64,000 nt of DNA, from positions 15,252,001-15,316,000 of the forward strand of contig NC_043023.1 of NCBI RefSeq assembly GCF_006345805.1. The letters run 5' to 3'. Made by a program: the position numbers and the translations under genes. Numbering within the stretch: position 1 is the first letter of the stretch; each line of letters opens with the position of its first letter. Shown here piece after piece: positions 51,108-63,765 of the stretch. A model generated the notes under the pieces. That model was not told where the DNA came from, did not search any database, and was given only the letters and a program-made list of their open reading frames with translations. The stretch comes from Octopus sinensis (lineage: Eukaryota).

Positions 51108-52331
51108 TTAATCAGGTTTCTCTCCTGTATGAATGGATTTGTGGGAAGAAAGTTGACTTTTTTGAGAGAATGATTTACCACAGACATCACAGTGATAAGG
51201 TTTCTCTCCTGTATGAGTGGATTTGTGTCTAGTAAGGTTACTTCTCTGAGAGAATGATTTACCACAAATATCACAGTGATAAAGTTTTTCTCCTGTATGA
51301 ATGGATATGTGAGAAGTAAGGCTGTGCTTATGGCAGAAAGATTTACCACAAATATCACACTGATATGGTTTCTCTCCTGTATGAATGTATTTGTGAGAAG
51401 TAAGGCTGTGCTTATGGGAGAATGATTTACCACAAATATCACATTCATATGGTTTCTCTTCTGTATGAATGGATTTGTGAGAAATAAGGCCACTCTTTTG
51501 AGAGAATGATTTACCACAAATATCACACTGATATGGTTTTTCTCCTGTATGAATGTATTTGTGAGAAGAAAGGTGACTTTTATCAGAGAATGATTTACCA
51601 CAAATATCACATTCATATGGTTTCTCTCCTGTATGAATGGATTTGTGAGAAGTAAGTCTATGCTTATGAGTGAATGATTTACCACAAATATCACACTGAT
51701 ATGGTTTCTCTCCTGTATGAATGTATTTGTGAGAAGAAAGGTTACTTTTATCAGAGAATGATTTACCACAAATATCACATTTATATGGTTTCTCTCCTGT
51801 ATGAATGGATTTGTGAGAAGTAAGTCTATGCTTATGAGTGAATGATTTACCACAAATATCACACTGATATGGTTTCTCTCCTGTATGAATGTATTTGTGA
51901 GAAGAAAGGTTACTTTTCTCAGAGAATGATTTACCACAAATATCACATTTATATGGTTTCTCTCCTGTATGAATTGATTTGTGAGAAGTAAGTCTATGCT
52001 TATGAGTGAATGATTTACCACAAATATCACACTGATATGGTTTCTCTCCTGTATGAATGTATTTGTGAGAAGAAAGGTGACTTTTATCAGAGAATGATTT
52101 ACCACAAATATCACACTGATATGGTTTCTCACCTGTATGACTGTATTTGTGAGAGGTAAGGCTACTGATATGAGAGAATGATTTACCACAAATATCACAA
52201 TGATATTGTTTCCCCCCTGCATGAATGAATTTGTGAACAGTGAGATTTCCCTTATTAGAAAAAGTCTTTTTACAGATATCACATCGGTATGATAACGTTT
52301 TTCTTTCTTTTGTCATCTCCTGAGGATTCAT
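51108..52331 (-). CDS. C2H2 zinc-finger protein H, 407 aa, 14 fingers, premature TAA
   Basis: ATG at 52331. CAA to TAA at 51108 leaves two more in-frame fingers untranslated; predicted intron 52659-53984. Confidence 0.8.
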   Translation of the reverse strand: MNPQEMTKERKTLSYRCDICKKTFSNKGNLTVHKFIHAGGKQYHCDICGKSFSHISSLTSHKYSHTGEKPYQCDICGKSFSDKSHLSSHKYIHTGEKPYQCDICGKSFTHKHRLTSHKSIHTGEKPYKCDICGKSFSEKSNLSSHKYIHTGEKPYQCDICGKSFTHKHRLTSHKSIHTGEKPYKCDICGKSFSDKSNLSSHKYIHTGEKPYQCDICGKSFTHKHRLTSHKSIHTGEKPYECDICGKSFSDKSHLSSHKYIHTGEKPYQCDICGKSFSQKSGLISHKSIHTEEKPYECDICGKSFSHKHSLTSHKYIHTGEKPYQCDICGKSFCHKHSLTSHISIHTGEKLYHCDICGKSFSQRSNLTRHKSTHTGEKPYHCDVCGKSFSQKSQLSSHKSIHTGEKPD

Positions 52332-54422
52332 TATTGTTCTATAGTATACAAGCACAAAATATAATTTTGCTTCCTTTTTTATATATTTCTATTGCTTATA
52401 TTTCCAGAAGTTCTGATCTTCATCAATATCTGAAGATGATACAAACACCTTTGCAGATATCTCCCGGTCCAAACAGAATGTGAAAGACTTTAGCAAATAT
52501 TCCAGGCAATGATGGAAACAAATGTTGCCATTAATTCAGAAGAAATATTTCACAGTTTTCCACCATAGACAAATCGTATAAACAGAGTTATGTCAAATAT
52601 TTATAACATCTTCCATTAGATGATCAATATTCATGAAGTATCACTAACATTTCACCTCCTGAAATGACACAGAAACAGAAGAAGATATAGGAAAGACTTA
52701 AAAACAGAGATTCAACTATAAAAAAAATATAACTACATCTTCATAATGATAAACTGTGGATATAATCCTTTAATTTGTCTTTGAAATTTATTTATGGTAA
52801 TTTATAATATGGTAACCCTTTTGTTACCATATTTCTGCTGAGATTCAGTGTGTTTCTTTCAATTATTTTAAATATAATAAAGAACTTAGTAAACTAACTT
52901 AGTTATCATTCAACTAGTGTTAGGAACATAAATTGGAACTAAGGTTTGGTGGAGGACTTTAATTCAAAACTTATGAAAACAAGACATTTTACCACACAGC
53001 CAGAGTCAGTTTTGGCTGGGTTAGTAACAAGAGGGTGTGGTCTTTGAAATTTATTTTGTTATTAAAATTATATGATACAACCTTGTGTAATGTCTACATA
53101 TACACGGACTTCAGTTCCTCTTCCTTCAGATATTATGTAAAACATTATCCCTTTAGTGTTCAGTTTATTCTGTTAAATGTAATTTCTTTTCAAAACAAAG
53201 TAAATAAAACACAAAAACACAGGTACCACTAGCGAAGACTGGACCCGGTACGCGCTAGCTAGTCGTAATTAGTCGATCCTACAAAGACTTGCGCGTATGC
53301 AAATGAGTTGATTTTACAGAATAAAATAAAAATTTTTTAAAGAAAGTAAATAAATTATTTCTTAGAACAATGTATATGACTTTTTTACACAAATCAAATA
53401 AAATGTGTGTGATATATTCTTTTAGTTTTCATATTCTTTAGTAAATAATTTCTTTTTTAACTAATTAAATAAAACAAAAACACAAAGTAAGGATCAACTA
53501 GTCACGACTAACAAGCGCGAGTGCGCACACCGGGACCACTCTTCTAGAGTAGTACCCATCGCCAGTTTATGACATTTGCCGATTCTGTCTACAAAAGGCT
53601 GTATCTGCTTTTTATCATAGTGCTATCACTGGCCACATGTTTCAGTTAGCTATTGATGTTTTATGATGTTGCAGATTATTTATTCTGAGAAGCTGAAATG
53701 GACAGAATTATTAACGTGTATCATTTTGACAGAATAAACAGCAAATACAGATGTTTAGCAAATGATACATCTGTGATAAAACAACAAACAGCTTTGAATG
53801 GACACAACCAGCAAATGGATTATCTACCAAAATAATTGAAATTAAAAACCAGGTGCTTCACTGGACAATAGAATTAATATCGATTTCAGACTAGTATTAT
53901 TTAAAACTATCAATACTGTCTGGATTTTCCAATTAGCCAGATACATAGGCTTTTACTAAAATGAAAATATGTATTACAACTTACCTCTGATGATAATTTA
54001 GTCGCTGTTTTATAAGAAATATTTTTAATTACACACTCGGACGAGAGGGAAATATTATTGGAAGACACATAGAAAAGCCGACACGGAAAGTCAACGAAAC
54101 GAACTAACAATCCGGTTGTTGTGCGCTTCGTATTTACTCACTTTTGTCTGATGCTGAAATTAAGGTGGTAAACTGTTAAAGTTTGTTTATAACTATAATA
54201 AATTTTTGAAAATGTGAATTGGGCCAAGGTAACGAATAGCCACACCACCCGTTTTTGGCGGTTACGGTTACGCCGGAGTCACATAACATACTTAACTTCT
54301 TTATTTTCATACAAAGGATATAAGCTCGTACAACTTATAGAACATTGCCATTTTATGAGATTTTGCTGGCAAATTTCAAATTAACATAAACAATAGCGGT
54401 GTTGGTAGCAACAACAACATTC

Positions 54423-54587
54423 GGATCTTTTCCTTTTGAACGGCAGTTTTTTGACATAATTTCTATGTAACTAAAAAATTTTAAACTTCGTATACTGGTA
54501 GAATGTGTTTATAAAACATCTTTTTCTCATTTTTTACTTACATGGAAATTATTTTAAAAATTTGCCGGTCAAAAGGAAAAGATCCCT
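54423..54587. mobile_element. Collapsed foldback element at the same left junction as 14377
   Basis: Both are preceded by CAACAACAACATTC; the centre is deleted and the right flank differs. Confidence 0.75.
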
Positions 54588-54604
54588 AAATTGCCTCTCA
54601 AAGA

Positions 54605-54780
<176 letters not shown>

Positions 54781-55329
54781 GGTACTGGTATAGATATGTG
54801 GTCTACCAGTGTTAAATAGTATAGCCAGGGTTATATACCTTATCTTTCAGATATTTCAGAGATGAAACACCTTGTACGTTATAAAGGAATTACAAAAACA
54901 GAAATAATACATTTCTAAATATCTTACAGAGATTTATGCAGTAGTGGTACGATAAAGTAGTTGTATACTGTCAACTTAATGTGACAGTCCCATGAAGGGA
55001 ATCATACTACTACTATTTAGCCCTAGGAAGCAGCAACGTTTCCTGTCTGCCTTGACACATTTTTGTGTCCTTATGTTTGCAAGGAATTACACAAAGGATT
55101 TCTTTATTAAGATTATAAAAATCGATTACACAGAAGGACAAATACAGGACATACATACAAAAAAAAAAAAAAAAAAAAACATTTACGAGGTTCGATTAAA
55201 AATTTTCATTTACATTCATTCTAACATAATGTCCTTTACATGACCAGTATAACAAACAACAGTACATGAACTTATAATCTCGCAATTCATGAGGCCCCGC
55301 AGCTTTTATTTCCTCTCCTTCCTCCATGG

Positions 55330-58300
55330 TCAAGCTGGGTTTCTGACACCCACCTTTTTTTCCACTTCCTTCCATCTTTTCTCATACACACCCCGCGGTA
55401 AGATCCTCTTTTCCAGCCCCATTTTGCTCTTCAGATGATATCTGAAGTAAGTGAGCAAGCTGGGGCCGGAGACAAAGGATCCTATCGCGGCTCCTTCCAT
55501 TCTCGTTCTCCACATGCATTCCTTTACTACTGCAACCGTGCAGTGAAAACATGCCTCACCTTCCTTCGAGAGTCCAGTTGGCGGTATCATCTTAATCATA
55601 GACTCAGCCGACAGCTGTACTCGTCCTAGATGCGATAACACGTGTTCTGCGTAACTTATCAAGTCGGACAACTTCCGACAGTGAACAAAAGCGTGCTGGA
55701 CGGTTTCATCGTCCAACTCGCACCTTGGACACGTCGGTGGCACTGAAACTCCGTGCCGTGATAACTTCTCGCGAACAGGTAAAGCATTCCTATAACACTG
55801 CCAGGCCAGGGATCTTTGGAAATTATCCAAATACCCCGACCTGAAAGTTTTTTTAAACAGGTTGGCAAGCTGGTCTTCATCAAACCCCAGAGCCCCTCCT
55901 AGGACGTCGTCGTTTTTTGCCTCTACCAGCCCTCTATAAAATACCGAGGTGGTATTTCCGCAGCCGGCCTTGCCCGCCTTGGGGATCAGCGTGAGTGCCT
56001 GTCGGCACTCCTTTTGCCATGGAGTCAGTTTCCATCTTTTGATGTAACCGGGTTTAAAATTCACTAAGGAGGCCGGTCTCGGGAAAAATCCCCCTGCCAG
56101 CGGACTCCACACCTTATCACCTTCCAGGTGGTGCCAGAGATGCCTTAGCCTCAACGCATGTCTGCGCATCATCAACCAAGGCATTCCTAACCCACCCTTT
56201 AATGGTTCCTGGCAGCAAACGGAGCGCCTCACAAGTGGCTTTCCTCCTTTCCACAAAAAGCGGAAAAGGATTCGCTCCAACTTGTTAAGCCATGAATCGG
56301 GGCAAGGGACAACGGTCAGGCGGTAGGTGATTACAGATGCAATGAACATCTGCACCACCTCCGCCTTTCCTTTCAAGGACAGAAACCTTCCGGACCAGGT
56401 CCGTACTATGGCTTCCACCTTGCTTGTCACCTCACTCCAGTTCTTCTCCGTTTGGGAGTCTGGCCCAAACCAAACTCCCAGCAACTTAACAGGGCCATCC
56501 GTCCAGTGTCCCACGACACTGGACGATATCGACTTGCTCCTCCAGGTGCCGAGGCGCAAGCCAACCGATTTGTCCTTGTTAACCTTTGCTCCTGCCACCG
56601 CCTCGTATCCTCTGATAGCCTCCTCTACACAAGGTAGTTGGGCCTCTTTGGACACGATGAGGGTGACGTCATCCGCATAAGCAGTAACCGTCCTCCCACC
56701 TCCGATTTCATCCGAGTTACTCCCCAGCCTCTCCAACTTTCGCAGCAATGGCTCAAGAGCCAATACGTACAAAAGTGGTGACAAGGGGCACCCCTGACGC
56801 ACTGAACACTCGATCGAAAACGGTTCCGTTAGGTAACCGTTTATCTGGACGGTGGACTTGATGCCGCTATACATAGCGGAGATCCACCCGCGAAATTCAG
56901 GGCCCAGCCCAGCCGCTTCGAGGACCGTCGCCAGGTACCCATGGTCTACCCTATCGAAGGCTTTACTTTGGTCTAAATGGACCATTACCCCGCCTTTGCC
57001 GGCTAATTTACCCACCCTATCTAAGGTGTAGCGTATAAGGTGAAGGTTGTCCTGGATCGACCTGCCTGGAATTGCACATGTCTGTGCTCTCCCTACAAGT
57101 TTCTCCACGACAACCGTCAACCTTTTTGCCAACACCTTGGCCAAAATCTTTAACTCTACATTAAGTAGAGTTATGGGCCTGTAGTTACTGATGTTATCCC
57201 CCTTGCTCGGGTCTTTCTGGATTAGCGTCACCACTCCCCGGCTTACAGAACTGGGAATTCTCCCATTCTGCTGCCAGTTCGTGTAGACGCCCGCCAGTAT
57301 TCCCCCGAACAAGTCCGGCATACTTTGGTAAAACTCGTAGGGCAGACCATCCAACCCCGGCGACTTCTCCCCGGCGCATCCGGCCAGTATCTCCTTTATC
57401 TCCGCGGGAGTGATCGCTCCTTCACAGCACTCCACCTCACGCCCCGCGAGCCGCGGTCCGCCGGCTAGGAAGTCCTTTAAGGCTCTCCCCCGATCCAGCG
57501 AACCACCACCCCCGAACACGCGGGCGAAATGCTGGTGAAGAAACTTTTGCATCTCCTCCTGTCCATAGATCTTTTGTCCCTGTTCGTCAGTCAAAGATTT
57601 GATTGAGGCTCTGTTGCCTCTCTGACTCTCCACACGACGGGCCCATCCGGCCACGTTAATACCTTCTCGTTTCCCAGCGCATAGCTTAGCTCTGACTCTG
57701 CAACCTTCGTGTTTGGAGTTAAGGTGACGGTACAATACCGTCCTTGCCGCCAACACTCCGGATGCAGAGCCAGCTTCCATTGCCTCGTCTAGATTCTTAA
57801 CTAAATCGCCCTCTAGACTAGCCCTATCTATCCTTAGCTGATTGCTAAATCTAACGGACTCTGAACGAATGGCTCTTTTGAGGGCGTGCCACCATCTATT
57901 GTTAATGATGGTGTCACACAATGCCCTCTGAACTAACACCTTAATCCGGGCACGGAAGTCTTCACAATTCAAAATAGCCTTGTTCAGCTTCCAGTACCCG
58001 GGTCCCTGTCTATGACACTTGTCTAATTGCATCCCACACGTCACAAATTTGTGATCCGAGTAGGGTACAATATGAAATTGTGGACAACTAAACGTATCCT
58101 TATCTCTTTTCTTAATAAATATCCTATCTAGATACGATCTGTGTGAGCCGTCGTTGTTACTCCACGTCCACTGTGGAACGCTCGGCTCATCCAGTCGGTA
58201 ACGGTCCACTAGATCAAAGCTCTCTAGTAGACCCTTGAGGCTAGGGTTCCCCTTCCTATTGGTTGAGCCAACATTGTCGATCTGCGCTTCAAGGACAGTG

Positions 58301-58719
58301 TTAAAGTCCCCTACTAGGATTACTGTTTTCGACGTCGCTAAAAAGGGCTCCAGGTTCCGAAAAAAACCCGTCTGTCTACCCTCGTTCGGGGCGTAGACAG
58401 CTACCAACCTGAAGGACTGTTTACTTACGTGAGTCACATCCAGGACAACCAGCCTGCCTTCTGGGTCCAGAAAGACAGTACTTACCTGCAAGTCCAAGCT
58501 CTTCCTGATGAAGACTGCCACGCCTCTGCCTCTTCCTCGGCTAGGAGAAATAAATTTCTCGAAACCATTTAGAAGAGGCGAGAACGCTTGGGTCTCGCTC
58601 ATCTTGGACTCGGTTGCAATGGCTATATCTACACCATGTGTCGTGAGGTCGTTCAGGAAACAAATTTGTTTCCGTTTCGACCCCATTCCACGTACATTTA
58701 TACAACCCAGCTTAGCCAT
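55330..58719 (-). CDS. LINE ORF2, 1129 aa: APE endonuclease, reverse transcriptase, C-terminal zf-RVT
   Basis: NVRG, VYAPN, GDFN, LDR and SDH (APE); KSPGLDG, YRPITLLN, LDQSKAFDRVDH, RQGCPLSP and AYADDV (RT); CPRC..ETVQHAFVHC. Confidence 0.95.
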   Translation of the reverse strand: MAKLGCINVRGMGSKRKQICFLNDLTTHGVDIAIATESKMSETQAFSPLLNGFEKFISPSRGRGRGVAVFIRKSLDLQVSTVFLDPEGRLVVLDVTHVSKQSFRLVAVYAPNEGRQTGFFRNLEPFLATSKTVILVGDFNTVLEAQIDNVGSTNRKGNPSLKGLLESFDLVDRYRLDEPSVPQWTWSNNDGSHRSYLDRIFIKKRDKDTFSCPQFHIVPYSDHKFVTCGMQLDKCHRQGPGYWKLNKAILNCEDFRARIKVLVQRALCDTIINNRWWHALKRAIRSESVRFSNQLRIDRASLEGDLVKNLDEAMEAGSASGVLAARTVLYRHLNSKHEGCRVRAKLCAGKREGINVAGWARRVESQRGNRASIKSLTDEQGQKIYGQEEMQKFLHQHFARVFGGGGSLDRGRALKDFLAGGPRLAGREVECCEGAITPAEIKEILAGCAGEKSPGLDGLPYEFYQSMPDLFGGILAGVYTNWQQNGRIPSSVSRGVVTLIQKDPSKGDNISNYRPITLLNVELKILAKVLAKRLTVVVEKLVGRAQTCAIPGRSIQDNLHLIRYTLDRVGKLAGKGGVMVHLDQSKAFDRVDHGYLATVLEAAGLGPEFRGWISAMYSGIKSTVQINGYLTEPFSIECSVRQGCPLSPLLYVLALEPLLRKLERLGSNSDEIGGGRTVTAYADDVTLIVSKEAQLPCVEEAIRGYEAVAGAKVNKDKSVGLRLGTWRSKSISSSVVGHWTDGPVKLLGVWFGPDSQTEKNWSEVTSKVEAIVRTWSGRFLSLKGKAEVVQMFIASVITYRLTVVPCPDSWLNKLERILFRFLWKGGKPLVRRSVCCQEPLKGGLGMPWLMMRRHALRLRHLWHHLEGDKVWSPLAGGFFPRPASLVNFKPGYIKRWKLTPWQKECRQALTLIPKAGKAGCGNTTSVFYRGLVEAKNDDVLGGALGFDEDQLANLFKKTFRSGYLDNFQRSLAWQCYRNALPVREKLSRHGVSVPPTCPRCELDDETVQHAFVHCRKLSDLISYAEHVLSHLGRVQLSAESMIKMIPPTGLSKEGEACFHCTVAVVKECMWRTRMEGAAIGSFVSGPSLLTYFRYHLKSKMGLEKRILPRGVYEKRWKEVEKKVGVRNPA

Positions 58720-58747
58720 TGTAGGTTAGAGAGAAAAATAAATGTAC

Positions 58748-60171
58748 TCACGGTTGGGAAAGGGAGCATGACAGTTTAAATCTGCCTGCTTCCCCTTCTT
58801 CCGCTGCTGCAGGGCTCTTGACCGGCGTTGCCACTGGGCTCTGGGTGGGTGTGGTTGCCGGGGTTATTATCAGTTTGCCCTCCATTACCTCTTTGGTCAC
58901 GTCTCTTATTAGACGGTTCCTCAGATGTTCCTGAAGAACCTCCTCCTTCCACTCGTCCTCCCCTACCTTCGCGAAGCGAGCGGTTGCTTTCACATCTGTG
59001 GCTCTACTATACAATACAAATCTTGAAAATTTACAACACTTATACACTCTTTCGTTTTTCTCGTCGAAAGCTATGATCCTCTCGTTCTTCTGTAAACACT
59101 TTTTTATGTCTTGTTTTATGGGGAGGGGCTTGGCAAACTGTTTTCCGATGAAAACAGTGCCATGGGGGTAGGGTTGGGGGATTTGCTTGGTGTGTGTGTC
59201 TGCTGTGTTTGCTGTTTTTTTCTTTGTTTGGGGAGGGGAGTCCTGGGTATTATCTTTTTTCTTTTATGAGTGACTTGTGTGTAGTCCATTGGTTCTGTAT
59301 GGTCCGTTTTTGTTTCCGTACTTGTCTTCGTCTTTTCGTTGTCTTTTCCTGTTTTCTCCCCTTCAGTGTTGGGGACACTTGGAGGAGGCGCTTCTTCTGT
59401 TCTCTTCTTTTTTATACAATTTGATCGGACGTGACCCTTCTCTCCACACTTGAAGCATCTGGGTCTACGTCCCTCTACCGAAACTCTCATTGACGTACCG
59501 TCCTCATTGAAGATTCTATCGGGCAGGTTTTCTAGGATTTTGTTCTCCGCCTGCACGAGGAGCTCCAGGGTCTGACCCTTCCACCGTACCACCTCTTTCC
59601 TTCTCATCTGCAGTATCGATATCTCTCGTTCAATGTTGTGCAGGACCGCCGCTGCTACCCACATGATGTCGTACCCTCTGGGTATGTCCTCTACCAGTAA
59701 CTTCGCTGTACGCTTCCCCATGTACGAGGGTAGCAGCATGATGTCGTCGTTTTTTAGGGTCAACGACGACACCTCTCTCGCTACCTCGGCTGTGTCGAAA
59801 TGTGCCTCGACTGTAGCACTGCGTGCACCTCTAACGACATGACGGATTTTGTCCCACACCGGGGACAGGCACTTTTCTACCATTTCATTCATTACATCCA
59901 TTATCTTCTTCTCTTTGAAGCTGTATACCTTGTAGATAACTATTCTCTCCTTAATCTCTTGTACCTTTGCCTGCGGCGATACAAGCTTTATCTCGCCTCC
60001 TTCCACTTTTACCAGGTTCCTGAATTCGTACAATTGTTCAATTTTAAACTCGACATCCATCATGGCGCCGCCCACCGCGGCCGAGAATGACTGTTTGGGT
60101 ACTTCCTTTTCCATATTTTCACTTTTTCCCATCACGGGAAAATCCTTCTTCGACGTCAAGTCGAAATCCAT
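58748..60171 (-). CDS. LINE ORF1 with CCHC knuckle, split by one apparent -1 frameshift near 59218
   Basis: ATG (MDFDLTS) at 60171 and CFKCGEKGHVRSNC. The -1 frame carries ADTHTKQIPQPYPHGTVFI, aligning with ADTQMIQEPKPHTLCFI of the 37635-39002 ORF1, and runs to the stop at 58748. Confidence 0.75.
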
Positions 60172-62765
60172 CACCTCGAAGGTAATAAAAATGCAAGTAA
60201 TACAAAATTTTCTGCCCAGTAGGGCGAAAATTACCGTTATACAACGGGCACTGTTCAAAGGAATTACACAAAGAAGAAAAAATTAATCTTATATTATTTT
60301 ATATGATAAAGAAATTACACAGATAATCAAGCCGATCCATTTTAACAATAGACATTTAGGGTTTTTCGTTTCGTTGACATACCGTGTCGGCTTTTCTATG
60401 TGTCTTCCAGTAATATTTCCCGCTCGTTCGAGTGTGTAATTAAAAATATTTCTTATAAAACAGCGACTAAATTATCATCAGAGGTAAGTTGTAATAAATA
60501 TTTTCTTTTTAGTAAAAGCCTATGTATCTGGCTAATTGGAAAATCCAGACAGTATTGATAGTTTTAAATAATACCAGTCAGAAATCGATATTAATTCTAT
60601 TGTCCAGTAAAGCACCTGGTTTTTAATTTCAATTATTTTGGTAGATAATCCATTTGCTGGTTGTGTCCATTCAAAGCTGTTTGTTGTTTTATCACAGATG
60701 CATCATTTGCTAAACATCTGTATTTGCTGTTTATTCTGTCAAAATGATACACGTTAATAATTCTGTCCATTTCAGCTTCTCAGAATAAATAATCTGCAAC
60801 ATCATAAAACATCAATAGCTAACTGAAAATTGTGGCCAGTGATAGCACTATGATAAAAAGCAGATACAGCCTTTTGTAGACAGAATCGGCAAATGTCATA
60901 AACTGGCGATGGGTACTACTCTAGAAGAGTGGTCCCGGTGTGCGCACTCGCGCTTGTTAGTCGTGACTAGTAGATCCTTACTTTGTGTTTATGTTTTATT
61001 TACTTAGTTTAAAAAAAAAAGAAATTATTTACGAAAGAATATGAAAACTAAAAGAATATATCACACACATTTTATTTGATTTGTGTAAAAAAGTCATATA
61101 CATTGTTCTAAGAAATAATTTATTTACTTTCTTTAAAAAATTTTTATTTTATTCTGTAAAATCAACTCATTTGCATACGCGCAAGTCTTTGTAGGATCGA
61201 CTAATTACGACTAGCTAGCGCGTACCGGGTCCAGTCTTCGCTAGTGGTACCTGTGTTTTTGTGTTTTATTTACTTTGTTTTGAAAAGAAAGGCGATCTTA
61301 CGGTACAAGTACCGGTGTATATCCAGAAGTACTGGATACATTTCAAAAAAGTGTTATTTTATACGTGGGGGGGGGGGAGAAAAGGGTTTCTGTTATCTTC
61401 AGAAATGTAAACAAAGTCACGTGTGTACCTATACCGAAGGATCCATTCTGTCCTGGCTCTAATCTTCATACGTCAATTCACAGAACACTTTCTCTAAATT
61501 AGTGACCACACCTTCAACATATGTGAGTGCAGTTTGTTTTTATTATTAATAGAGTTACGAGAGGAAAAGTCATGATGGGTTGGTTCACTAAATTGTAGTT
61601 TATGTTTATGTTTGATCTGTTACAGAAGTTGTAACAATCATGAACATTACCTAATTTCATTAATAATAGATCTGCTCAGTCAGGGATAACCTAGGGTTAA
61701 ACAGTAGTCACTTATCATATTATTGTCCAATATCCTATAGTTGAACCCTTTATTGTTTAAACCGGCCATATCAGGCCCAGATATTCTGCATGTTTTATAT
61801 TCAAACTGGCGGTATCTGGCCTCTCACACCTAACCTACATTGACATTCTAGAAATAAACAATCACATCATTGAAACCTTAAAGCTATAAGATAATGCATG
61901 ATTAATTCAAAACAATTTGAGTGAAAAAGAATTACATTTAACAGAATAATCTGAACACTAAAGGGATAATGTTTTACATAATATCTGAAGGAAGAGGAAC
62001 TGAAGTCCGTGTATATGTAGACATTACACAAGGTTGTATCATATAATTTTAATAACAAAATAAATTTCAAAGACCACACCCTTTTGTTACTAACCCGGCC
62101 AAAACCGGCTCTGGCTCTGTGGTAAAATGTCTAATTTTCATAAGTTTTGAATTAAAATCTTCCACCAAACCTTAGTTACAATTTATGTTCCCAACACTAG
62201 TTGAATGATAACTAAGTTAGTTTACTAAATTCTTTATTATATTTAAAATAATTAATAGAAACACACTGAATCTCAGCAGAAATATGGTAACAAAAGGGTT
62301 ACCATATTATAAATTACCATAAATAAATTTCAAAGACAAATTAAAGGATTATATCCACAGTTTATCATTATGAAGATGTAGTTATATTTTTTTTATAATT
62401 GAATCTCTGCTTTTTAAGTCTTTCCTATATCTTCTTCTGTTTCTGTGTCATTTCAGGAGGTGAAATGTTAGTGATACTTCATGAATATTGATCATCTAAT
62501 GGAAGATGTTATAAATATTTGACATAACTCTGTTTATACGATTTGTCTATGGTGGAAAACTGTGAAATATTTCTTCTGAATTAATGGCAACATTTGTTTC
62601 CATCATTGCCTGGAATATTTGCTAAAGTCTTTCACATTCTGTTTGGAGTGGGAGATATCTGCAAAGTTGTTTGTATCATCTTCAGATATTGATGAAGATC
62701 AGCAATAGAAATATATAAAAAAGGAAGCAAAATTATATTTTGTGTTTTTATACCATAGAACAATA

Positions 62766-63656
62766 ATGAATCCTCAAGAGATGACAAAAGAAAGAAAAAA
62801 GTTATCACACCAATGTGATATCTGTAAAAAGACATTTTCTAATAAGGGAAATCTCAATGTTCACAAATTCATTCATGCAGGGGAGAAACAATATTACTGT
62901 GATATTTGTGGAAAATCATTCTCTCAGAAAAGTCACCTTACCTCTCACAAATACATTCATACAGGAGAGAAACGGTATCGCTGTGATATTTGTGGAAAGT
63001 CATTCTTTCAGAAGGTTCACCTTACTTCTCACAAATACATTCATACAGGAGAGAAACCATATCACTGTGATATCTATGGAAATTCATTCTCTGATAAATG
63101 TCACCTTTCTTCTCACAAATACATTCACACAGGTGAGAAACCATATCACTGTGATATTTGTGGTAAATCATTCTCCCATAAGCACATCCTTACTTCTCAC
63201 ATATCCATTCATACAGGAGAGAAACCTTATCAGTGTGATATTTGTGGTAAATCATTCTCTGATAAAAGTAACCTTACTAAACACAAATACATTCATACAG
63301 GAGAGAAACCTCATCAATGTGATGTCTGTGGAATGTCATTCTCTCAAAAAAGTAACCTTGATTCTCATAAATACATTCATACAGGTGAGAAACCATATCA
63401 GTGTGATATTTGTGGTAAATCATGCTCTCAAAAAAGTAACCTTGATTCTCATAAATATATTCATACAGGAGAGAAACCTCATCAATGTGATGTCTGTGGA
63501 ATGTCATTCTCTCGAAGACGTTACCTTGATTCTCACAAACACATTCATACAGGAGAGAAACCATATCAATGTCGTATTTGTGGTAAATCATTCTCCCAGA
63601 AGCATAGCCTTACTCATCACAAATCCATTCATACTGGAGAGAAACTGTATGTGTGA
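62766..63656 (+). CDS. C2H2 zinc-finger protein I, 296 aa, 10 finger units (fourth has Cys to Tyr)
   Basis: ATG at 62766; ends GEKLYV* through a frameshift shared with H; predicted intron 60484-62456. Confidence 0.85.
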   Translation: MNPQEMTKERKKLSHQCDICKKTFSNKGNLNVHKFIHAGEKQYYCDICGKSFSQKSHLTSHKYIHTGEKRYRCDICGKSFFQKVHLTSHKYIHTGEKPYHCDIYGNSFSDKCHLSSHKYIHTGEKPYHCDICGKSFSHKHILTSHISIHTGEKPYQCDICGKSFSDKSNLTKHKYIHTGEKPHQCDVCGMSFSQKSNLDSHKYIHTGEKPYQCDICGKSCSQKSNLDSHKYIHTGEKPHQCDVCGMSFSRRRYLDSHKHIHTGEKPYQCRICGKSFSQKHSLTHHKSIHTGEKLYV

Positions 63657-63765
63657 TATTTGTGGTAAATCATTGTCTTGCTTGCGCTCTTTAACCTCTC
63701 ATAAAAACATTCATACAGGAGAGAAACCATAGCACTGTAATATCTGCAGTAAATCATTCTAAGTC

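Larger units (their letters stand above)
55097..60257 (-). mobile_element. Full-length Tx1-clade LINE, 5161 bp, with 16-bp TSD AAGGAATTACACAAAG
   Basis: TSD at 55081-55096 and 60258-60273; ORF1 plus ORF2; ends TAATAAAGAAATC without poly(A). Confidence 0.92.

Noticed and set aside
63728-63765. Read-through of the shared TAG by A-to-I editing (UAG to UIG)
   Set aside because: In A, F, H and I an in-frame TAA follows after 9 codons; in E the extension is only degenerate fingers lacking His ligands.
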